In this document: positions 28,037-42,120 of the stretch, one piece after another
How positions within the stretch are numbered: the stretch's first letter is position 1
How the letters are laid out: every line of letters begins with the position of its first letter
NCBI GenBank assembly: GCA_943704425.1
Contig: CALSCP010000173.1
Coordinates: 1-61,336 of the forward strand
Length of the DNA stretch: 61,336 nt
DNA from: Ministeria vibrans ATCC 50519
Taxonomy: Eukaryota > Protista > Filasterea
Direction: 5' to 3'
Program-made: the position numbers and the translations under genes
Notes under the pieces: generated by a model
Seen by the model: only the letters and a program-made list of their open reading frames with translations
Database searches by the model: none
What the model was told of the DNA's origin: nothing

Positions 28037-29229
28037 ATGGAGCAGTTGGAACGGGATGCTATTGCGACGTTTAAGATTTTACTCATTGGTGACTCAGGCA
28101 CTGGCAAATCGTCGCTCCTGCTGCGGTTCACAGACGACTCCTTCGATGCAGATCAGCCAAGCACCATAGGTATTCCTTCCCCCGCCCCCGTCACAGTCGA
28201 TCCACGGGCGAACGCGAAAAAGCCAAAACTTGTCGACCCAAAAAGTTCTGCTGACTTCATACGAAGAGTGCATTTATGACGCGCGTTGTGTGTGGACCGA
28301 GTCGGTACGAAGAATGCCCTCGTGCGGCCAACGCAAGGCCGGGTCGAGTGGCGTGCCAGTCGTTTCTTTTGCGTTTCTTCTCTCTCTCTCCTCTCTCTCT
28401 TTTTTTTGCCTTCGTCCACGCCATCCACTGCGCGCCCGTCTGTCCATACACCATGCCTGGCACACAGCGGGTTGTTCTTGAGCCTAATTGGGTCTCTTGC
28501 GCTGTTCCGTTTGTGTTTGTCTGAACTTGTCTGTTTCGTTTGTACAGGTGTCGATTTCAAAGTGAAGGGAATGAATGTAGAAGGCAACTTGGTGAAGCTC
28601 ACGATATGGGATACAGCAGGGTAATGCATAGAAACAAAGTGATAGAGAGGGAAACAAAGTGATAGAGAGAGAGACAAAGTACTAGAGAGAGAAACAAAGT
28701 GATAAAAGAGCAAAAGGCTAACAACACTCGGTGCATGTAGGCAAGAGCGATTTCGCACGCTGACGTCTGCCTACTACCGCGGCTGTCATGGAGTGATTTT
28801 GGTGTATGATATTAGTCGACGAGACACGTTTGATGCTATCTCGGTGTGGAAGAACGAACTGGACACGTATGCGACGTCGGACGGCATCATTACAATGCTC
28901 GTGGCGAACAAGACCGACTTGGTATGATGGAGGGAGAGAGGGAAAGGGAGACGACGTGCGGTGTGACTCATGCAGCATTTGTTTATTAGGAGGACCGGCA
29001 AGTGACGCGGGAAGAAGGACTAGCGTACGCACAAAAGCACTCAATGCTGTTCATCGAGTCGTCGGCCAAGACTCGCGTCGGCGTGCAGCAGGCATTTGAG
29101 GAGCTGGTCCTCAAGGTGTTTGAGACGCCGCACTTGTGGGAGGGGGCAGCAGCAGTGAGAGCACACGGGGGGAGGGTGAAGCTGGGGGGTGCTGGGACAC
29201 AGGGCGATGAGGACCCTTGCTACTGTTGA
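28037..29229 (+). CDS. RAB18: Small GTPase Rab18; four exons
   Basis: [29 protein letters not shown]|VDFKVK, WDTAG|[35 protein letters not shown]-terminal CYC prenylation motif. Confidence 0.93.
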
Positions 29230-29283
29230 TTTTTCTATGTGTACTATTTTCATTTTTTTGTTGACAATGTGTGCTTCATTATT

Positions 29284-32226
<2,943 letters not shown>

Positions 32227-32563
32227 GTCGGTGAAATGAAAATGACTGATCAGAATGAAATGGGGAATGAAGGTTGAAACACATTAACACAAAATATTTT
32301 ATTAATCATTTGATTAAACGTAATGGCTTCAATGCCTTCTTCTATTTTTCATTATCGTATTGATCATTACTCCGTAATCACTGGCAATATTTATTTCACA
32401 ATTCTCAAGGAGATTTTTTTCCTTTTCTGTCCTGTCTTGATTTGGCAAAGTCTATCTTTCAAGAATGACGTCTCATTTATAACTCTTAAGAGTGTTATAT
32501 AAAGAAGCGATTCGGTTTAATGGAATAGAGAATCACACGCAGAAACAAAAACACAAGCAGAGA

Positions 32564-34402
<1,839 letters not shown>

Positions 34403-34538
34403 CGTAAGAAAGGTGTGTATCTGTATGTATATATAATGAGAGAGAAGGGAAAAGAGTGATGACTCAGTGATGATCAGTGATCGCAGAATGAAAAGTAGAA
34501 AATAAAATTTTATTTTACAAACCTCATTATTATTTTGT

Positions 34539-35598
34539 ATGGCTGAACCTGACGTGAAAACGGCCACGGTCGCCCTTGGATGATTCTGGACCCCCGAGCC
34601 GGTCTACGGCATCCTTGATGGCATCATCAGGACGCGAGTAGGTAAAGACGGCTCTCTTGTTCTTTCGCTTATGCGCTCACCTCCCTACTCATCCACTGCA
34701 GGCTACTGCGGGGGAACCACGAAGAAACCAACGTATCACAACATGGGAGACCACACCGAATCGCTTGAGATGGACTATGATCCGCAGGTACGCGTCTCAA
34801 TCTGACTGTGTCTGAGTCTTTCTCGTGCGATGTGCCGTTGTGGTGCCCATCGACTAAATGAACTTGCGTTCGTGCGCCCACTCCTCTTGTGTGTCTCCCG
34901 CTTCTTTCTTTCCCTGCAAACCAACCCATTCCCCTTTTCTGCGTGTGTTTCGCTCGTCCAGTGGTCTATTAGAGCGCAAGTGACAAGTGACGCTGAAACT
35001 TTTTATATCCTTATTATTAGAAAATTAGCTTTGAGCAGATTTGCAAAATCTTTTGGCAGAATCACTCTGCGACAAGTCCACCTTACTCCACACAGTACGC
35101 CAGTGCAATCTTTTGTCACGACGACGAGCAGTACGAGACAGGTAATGCAAAGTGAATGCGTATAAGAAAGTTTGATCATTCTCATCCCATAAACAACCAT
35201 CGAATATTATTCATTACATATTATTCATTACTACAGCCGAGTCGGTGAAAGGACGCGTTGAAGCAGCCAAGGGAATAAAACTACACACACGCATCACACG
35301 CACATGCGGGCACTTCACACGCGCCGAAGGGTACCACCAGAAGTACATGCTGCAGCAGAACAAGGCGCTGGTGCGCTCCATTACGCTTGCAAAGGGCGAG
35401 AAGTTTGAAGACTCTCCTCTCGCCACAAAACTCAACGGGTACGAAAACAACCAAATCACACACGCGCACACAAACTAACAGTTAACACTGTTGTTTAGGT
35501 ACTGTGGGCGTAAAGGCTCGCCGGAAACACTCTTGCGCGATTCAATCGCTTTTTCCTTCTCGGACGCGCTCAAAGAATCGCTCAAACGATTCGTTTAG
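34539..35598 (+). CDS. MSRA: Selenocysteine-containing peptide methionine sulfoxide reductase MsrA (TGA at 34581-34583 read as Sec); multi-exon
   Basis: [37 protein letters not shown]|YCGGT...[11 protein letters not shown]...YDP; [11 protein letters not shown]; LATKLNG|YCG; TGA sits at the catalytic Cys of the GCFW motif. Confidence 0.92.
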
Positions 35599-35631
35599 AC
35601 TGGTCCCTCTGATGTTTTTGTTGTTCTTATG

Positions 35632-35708
35632 TTTCTAACTGTGACGCGCAATCACTAAATACCCCTTCCTTTGTTGGTATGTGATTTTTTGTGCTGATGA
35701 AAATTGAG
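35632..35708 (+). promoter_or_regulatory. Eukaryotic SECIS element (type II, GUGA variant) in MsrA 3' UTR
   Basis: GTGAC(35641)-GCGCAATCAC-T-AAA-TACC...GGTA-T-GTGATTTTTTGTGC-TGAT(35698): non-Watson-Crick quartet, about 10-bp helix II with a U bulge, unpaired AAA and an apical mini-stem, about 40 nt after the stop. Confidence 0.82.
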
Positions 35709-35911
35709 TTTCTTGTGTGTGCTTTTGTGTGTTCCTTGTGATACGGAACACGACAAAAAACCCCCCACACAAAAAACTGAAAGAAATAAATAAACAACAA
35801 CTAAACAACTTTAAAGAGGAATAGAAAAAAAAACGGACTAATGTTACTTATACAACAAAATTGAACAAAGAGAGGGTGCGTGAACAAAGAGAGGGAAAGA
35901 GTGAGAGAGAC

Positions 35912-36520
35912 TCAGCTAATGACACAACCGCCTTTCTTGTTTCGGGGCTACACACACACGAAAGAGATATAGAGGAACTCGTTAGAACACAGTACAATGC
36001 CACACATTTGACACTAAATGACAAAAAGTGGCATCAACGGCACTCGACTGACCTTATACTGCTCGAGATACTTGATCTGCTTGTTGTTGATGGCACCACG
36101 TCGCTTTGCGCGGATGTGGGAGACGACATCCTCGGCCTCCATGCCGCTCTCCATGAGGGCGACGGCAACCAGGACGGGTGCGCGACCCAGACCCGCCACA
36201 CAGTGCACAGCAATGCATCCAAGTGGCTCGTGCGCCAGCCGCTCGTCAATCAGCCCCAGCCAAGAGTTGACCACTTGCGATGGCGGTGGCTCGCCGTCCT
36301 CGAATGGCCAGTCGTGCACTTTGATGTTCTCCGCCGAGAGTCGTTCCGTCGAGTAGGTTGGATCGCACACGCGCACAATATCCGTCACGCCGTTTTGTTT
36401 CAGCGCTGGCAGGTACAGCGGTAGCGTCGTGTCGCTCGGTGCGTCCATAATCATAAACTTGAGTGTTTTCGTGCCGCGTTTGCAGTCAATCAACGCCGGT
36501 GGCGTTGGCATCTTCGACAT
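35912..36520 (-). CDS. PTP4A1: PRL-type prenylated protein tyrosine phosphatase (PTP4A); two coding exons
   Basis: KFMIMDAPS, IVRVCDPTY, HDWPFEDGEPPP, CIAVHCVAGLGRAPVLVAVALME, RRGAIN; last exon PRNKKGGCVIS* (CAAX). Confidence 0.95.
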
Positions 36521-36704
36521 GGTGATAAAAAGTTTGTTGCTTGGTTCTTCTGGTTCTACTTAGTTGGTGGTGTGTTTCAGGTGTTTATGCCCTAAATACA
36601 AATAACAATAATAAGAAGAAGAATACAACGGAGAATGATGAGTACGAATGAGTCGCACACGGATGCCCTACCGTTATTTTTCAAGTGTAGATACGTTGGG
36701 AAAT

Positions 36705-36758
36705 TTAAGGACCAACTGCGCTCTGGCCAAGTGCAAATCCGAATGTGATGATGCTCAT
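36705..36758 (-). promoter_or_regulatory. Upstream ORF MSIITFGFALGQSAVGP* on a dedicated 5'-UTR exon (about 36767-36695) of the PRL gene
   Basis: Acceptor ggcag| at 36768-36770; ATG 36758; TAA 36707-36705; donor |gtatct at 36694; next acceptor tatttag| about 36592; upstream donor cagcg|gtacga about 37366. Confidence 0.65.
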
Positions 36759-37604
36759 GAACAGTGTCTGCCGTGCACAAAGAGACCCGCAAAAGACCCC
36801 AAACGAGAGAAGCATCCCAATGAGACACGCGTGCGAGAAAGAAGAGACAAAGTGAGTGGCGGCGGATGGAGAAAAAGAGAAATGGGGCTTTGGACGGAAC
36901 GAGACGAAATAATATTAGCAAGAAGGCCAAAAGTTGCGTCACACACATCAATGGCGAATCCCTGGGGCATTTCAATGCACTGACACCCTCCGACACACCA
37001 GTAGAAGACCCGATGGGGGCAATGGAGGGGCACAGGGGGCTTGTGGAGGCGCAGGAAGGAAAGGAAAGTCCAAGAAAAAAAAAGGAAAAAAAAGGAGGGA
37101 TTGTGAAAGGGTGTGGAGCATGAAGGAGGGCGGTGCAAGACAGATGGGCAGGTAGAAAGGCAAGCATGCGGGGTGCCACGGCACTGGGGGGTCGCAAGGC
37201 ATCGCCAAAGGGACTGTGCGTTCCGTTTCGGGGGGAGATGTGAGAAAAATGACCAAGGGCAAAAAATGTCAAGCGTGACAGGTTCGAGAGGACGCGAGAG
37301 CAATGGGACGCGTCGGGGAAGTGGTGCGTGTACAAGATGTGCAAGACAAAGGGAGTCCAGTCGTACCGCTGAGGCGTTAATCTGATCGTGACGTCGCGAC
37401 CAGAAAAGGTGGGTGGAAGGGTAGATGACCGACAGAGTGGGTGTCGCGCGCAGAGGCGAGAAGAGCAAAGTGCAGGTAAGGTGGTGGGGGGGGGGCTACA
37501 GAAATGAACTGAGTAGTTTAAAGTTTTTAAGTGCGTTTATTTTTGAGTCACAAGACGTTGACTTTCAAAAAATTAATCAGTTTTGATCTATCCAAAAACA
37601 AAAA

Positions 37605-39195
37605 ATGGCTGACGCGGAGATTCTCAAATTGCCCGGCATTGACACGGCGCCAGATACGTACGAGACGGGCGGGGGGGCGACGTTGGAAAATGCAAAAGGA
37701 CGTAGCACAGTTGATCTTGATGAATTTGGCGACGCTCTGGACATTGAAGGTACGTTTGGAGGGGCAGGGAAGAGGCCGACGAGAGATAGTATGCTCTCTG
37801 GCTATGTGGGAAGGAGCAACTGCGTTGAAAATGTCCTTTTTCGCAATTCAATTCGTTTTTTTTTTTGGGTGTCTCTGTCTGTGTTTCAGAGGCAAAACAA
37901 CGGTTTGGCAGAAATCGCACTTTACAGACGCCCCCCGGCAACGCAGCGGACGTGGTGCAGGCCCTGGGCGAGTGGGCTCGAGGAGGGACCGGGCGAGAGA
38001 CACAGAGTCAACGTTTGGCTCGATTGCGAGCGGAAATTGCTGATATGCAAAGACAGGTTTGTCTTGTGAGAACGTTTCTTTTGTTTTCTGATTAGTACAT
38101 TTACTGTCTCTCAGGTGGACGTGCCCGCAAGTAATGACCCGAATGGAGCAGGGGATGGTGGTGGTGACGAGGATGAACTGAGCTGTGCCGAAGTGGCCGC
38201 ACAGCTGCGCGAACTCAACGAAAACTTACACTCGATTGAACAGTCGATTGCGTCGCATAAAGGACGCGCTCCCACCTCGGGACTGCCGGCTCTGATCGCC
38301 AACCAAATCAAGTCGAGTCAAAAAGTAGACACATCTGCAGCAGCAACAGGGTTAGCGGCGGTGGAGCAGAGCAGCAAAGAGGGACTCACCTACGAGCTGT
38401 ACCGTCAGCCCACCGAGGCACGCGTTGTCGCTCTTGACGGACGCATTGCCGAGCTCGAACGCCGACTTGCCGCCTGCGAGAACGCTGTAGGTGCCGATGC
38501 ACATGCAATTCTTGTACGCTCGTCATCAACAACAAAGGGAAAGATTGTTGGCACTGACACTACCCACCCCCCTGGTTGTGTGTGTACGTATGTTTTAGAC
38601 GGACATTAGTGCATCGCTGGGGCTCCCGTCCAACGCCAGTGCCTCTCTTCGTTCCGTTGTCTCGCAAGTGGCGCAGCGTCTGACGCTACTCGACGAGCGC
38701 AGCATTTCTGCGCTCGAGGGGCGTCTCACGTCCCTTGCCGAGTCAGCCAAGAGCGCCAGTGACTCTAACGCCCTCAGTGCCGACTTAGCCGACCTGTACA
38801 CGCTCGTCAAGCGATGGGACCCCCTGACACACGCTATCCCACCTCTCTTGGTGCGCCTCCAGTCTCTTCAGTCTCTCCACGAGAGTGCCGCTGCCTTTGC
38901 CGCTTCTCTTTCCTCCCTCAAGCACCGCCACGATGCCATTGACGCCTCTCTCCTGGCACAAGCCAAGCTCCTCAAACAGGTGCCTCCATATCCCATACTC
39001 TTGAAGGGTGCCTTGAACATCTCTCATCTTCCTTCTCCCTTTCTTTCTATCACTTTGTTTCTGTCTCTCTCTCTATCACTTTGTCTCTCTCTCTATCACT
39101 TTGTCTCTCTCTCTCTATCACTTTGTCTCTCTCTCTATCACTTTGTCTCTCTCTCTATCACTTTGTGTGTGTCTCTCTCTATCACTTTGTTTCTT

Positions 39196-39279
<84 letters not shown>

Positions 39280-39400
39280 GTCTGTCTCTCTGTCTGTCGT
39301 CTGTGTGACTTTCTAGCTATCTGTGGCAATGGATGAGAATATGGGAGTCATTACCAAGAACTTTTCGTCGCTTGAGAAGCGACTTGATCGACTTCAATGA
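37605..39400 (+). CDS. DCTN2: Dynactin subunit 2 (p50/dynamitin); multi-exon
   Basis: LPGIDTAPDTYET N-terminus; ETQSQRLARLRAEI; LTYELY..P; IAELERRLAACENAVG; LVRLQSLQSLHESAAAFA; ENMGVITKNFSSLEKRL. Confidence 0.88.
39046..39275. repeat. Reverse-orientation (CT)nCTATCACTTTGT minisatellite (about 7 copies) plus (TC)n tract in last DCTN2 intron
   Basis: Reverse complement of the unit at 1-270. Confidence 0.9.
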
Positions 39401-39485
39401 AAAAGTTGATTTTGAAATAGCAAATGAAGTCATTGAAGTCATTGAAGTATTATCAATTATTAACACTGTTTTGTTCCACTTTGAT

Positions 39486-40043
39486 ATGATCAAGCTCGTT
39501 CTCATCTCAGCCTTGGTCGCTGTTGCGCTTGCGCAGTTCCCCAAGCCGTGCACGGTGCCTTTGCAGTTTGAGGCGCGCGTCTCGGAATTCAACCATGCCA
39601 CTTCGCAAGAGACGCGCTACCATCTGTCGTACGACGCCATCAACAAGCGCGTCCGCTTTGTCGAGGAGGTCCACGCCCGTACCCCCGGCCGCAAGTTCTA
39701 CGAGGTTGGACAGAACGAAACATAATAATAACAATGACGAAGTTTTTTAAAAAAAAAAAACGATTCATTGCTCCACATCAATAGCGCCTCTACCTTCACA
39801 ACGTCCACGAGGAGTACGAGGTTGATCTCAGCTCGCGCCGATGCCACAAGACGGCCCTCACGCGCCCCTGGCGTGACTACCAGTAAGGCACAAACAACCC
39901 TCAAAGATGAAGTCTCATGACTCCCTCTCCAGGATCCCGGCCAACGCCACCTTTGTCACCGAGGGAACCGTGGGCGTTGAAGGCGATGGCACCGTAAGTT
40001 GAACATGAACTATCGCCCTCTTTTCGTTGCGTTTTCCTCTAAA

Positions 40044-40074
<31 letters not shown>

Positions 40075-40415
40075 TTACTGTTCTATCGTTGCGCAAATGC
40101 ACACAGCGCAAAATCACTGCCTTCTTTGCACTTCCATAGCGAGTCTGAGAGTGTTCGTACCGTGTTGCGTCGCCGTCATGTACATTTCTTATCTCTGCTT
40201 TCCATACCCTATAGACATTCACTGAGTGGTTTGATGGCAGCATCCCCCACGACTTCTGGTCCATGCGCGTCACCAACAAGAACTGCGTGCCGCTTTTCGA
40301 GGTGTTTGGCCGTGACCGGTCGGGCATTGGCGGCGACACGACCAACCAGTACTGGGACACAGTCATTGGCATTGTTGACCCCAACGTCTTCCTGCCCCCT
40401 CACGAGTGCGAGTAG
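39486..40415 (+). CDS. EPDR1: Ependymin-related protein (secreted or lysosomal); four exons
   Basis: Signal peptide; PKPCTVPLQFEAR; SYDAINKRVR; C-HKTAL..PW; IPANATF; VTNKNCVP; GIVDPNVFLPPHEC ependymin C-terminal motif. Confidence 0.88.
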
Positions 40416-40663
40416 AAGCTCTCACGCTACGAGAGTAAATGAAGCATTTCGATCAAATCCAATTGAATGCAATGGACACAGAAAGTGAAAGCGAAGTAGC
40501 GAACTGATCTGTCAAAGTTTACGCAAAGCAAAGTGTCGACATACTGAGTAGAGAAATTTAAGAAACTCCAAACTCCTTTCACCTTATCACCTTAATGAAC
40601 AATAACAATAAAATATAATAATAATAATAAATTATAAATGATTAATGACATTTTTATTTGACC

Positions 40664-41957
40664 ATGGCCCCGCTGGCACTCCCACTCGCCCTCATCGTCG
40701 TAGCGCTAGTCCCCGCTTCGCTCGGCTACGTCGCATCGACGCCGTGTCTGGGCAATATGACCCTTGAGGCCATTCCGCTCCTCAACTCAACCGAATACAC
40801 CCTGCCCACCGCAAAGAACGCAACCGCTGTCCTGGGTCTCTATGTCATGTCGGGTGCGGGGCTCTACCTCGACGCCGACCAGTGGCTTGCCTCCTTTTCT
40901 CCAGCACAAGCCGCAAACCTTTCCGACGCCGACCGCTCCGCTCTCTGTCCCCCCAGCACGAACCCCATTGGGAAGTCCATCGCCCCAGCGACCACTGTTG
41001 GAATAGGACTTGGCGCAGCCGTCGGTGTCGTTCTCCTGCTGCTCTTAATTCTTCTGTACTACCCACAGAACAGCCCACAACCCAAATTATTCTTATCAGC
41101 TCTCTTTTTTTTTTTTTTTTTTTTTTTTTCGTCTCTTTTTTTTTGTATGATCTTTTCTCACTCTGCAGCCTTGTGCTTCTTCGACGTCGACGAAACAGCT
41201 CTGGCTCCTTTGATCCGCAGAAATCGGTCAAGGCGAGTATGCGACGCAAACCGTCGACTAAATCCGTTGTGACTATGATCGGCGGCTCCTTCCTCACCGA
41301 CAGCCAGATGAACCTCAATCCAGACCTTGTCGATCTTGCCATGGTACTTCTACACGCCAAAAAGTGTCCAGTCGCACCGACTCAACTTTATTATTATAAC
41401 AAGAATAATAATATACCAACTAATCATGTTATTATTAGGTCAACGAGCACGGAACAAGCGTCGATGATTTGTGGGAATCCGACTCGACGCTCACACTCAA
41501 TCCCCTCTTCAACGCTGAAGCAGACGCATCGATGTACGCGTCGCTCGAAGCGACCTCGTCGGCCCCTTCGCCCTTCGTGTTCCTCCCGGGCGTGCCTCTG
41601 GGCGAGTCGAACGACGCAGAAGTCGACAAGGACACGTCCACAGTGTACCAGTCACTACACTATGGCAATGCAGCCGAGGACACTTCCACCCTCAACGTCG
41701 AGTCGGCCGGCTACACCAGTGTGCGCGCCCCCGTCTCCATCGAGAATTCCCTCTACGTCCAACACCAGTCAACAAAGTACGCAAACCCAGCTCCCACAGC
41801 TGCCTCCTCTGCCCCCTCCGATACCTATGCCAACGCTGGTCGCGACGCCGAGAGTGCCTACAGTGCTCAAATCACCGCACAAGACGACGACGATCTCGAC
41901 GACCTTTACAAATCGCTCGAAGAAACTCTCGACGCCGCGCACTCCCACGCGACTTAA
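40664..41957 (+). CDS. Single-pass type I membrane protein with short ectodomain and Tyr-motif-rich cytoplasmic tail; three exons
   Basis: Signal peptide MAPLALPLALIVVALVPASLG; TM GIGLGAAVGVVLLLLLILL|LVLL then RRRR; tail with nine Tyr motifs; GT-AG junctions near 41057/41168 and 41344/41438. Confidence 0.7.
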
Positions 41958-42120
41958 GTGTTAACTCTGTTCTAGTAATACACCGTGTAATTAATTAACT
42001 GCAACAGGTTGCTTCTAGTGACGTATGGTCGCGTACGATCACAACACAAACATAAAATGATCAATTCACCACACTCCAAATTTTAATCATTAAAATATAC
42101 TCATTCCTCGCGTCCGCACA

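Noticed and set aside
34452-34546. Two RTGATGA C-box motifs suggesting a C/D snoRNA
   Set aside because: Located in the 136-bp PCNA/MsrA promoter; the nearest CTGA is inside the MsrA CDS; no terminal stem or rRNA guide recognised
34581-34583. MsrA as a pseudogene with a premature stop
   Set aside because: The TGA falls exactly at the catalytic residue, the rest of the gene is intact and a SECIS-like element follows
36585-36767. Alternative leader frame HIRICTWPERSWSLNFPT-A* across the PRL 5'-UTR intron
   Set aside because: Protein-like, but no in-frame ATG was found and an upstream TAA closes the frame in the predicted first exon; kept only as a fallback if a non-AUG start or extra exon exists
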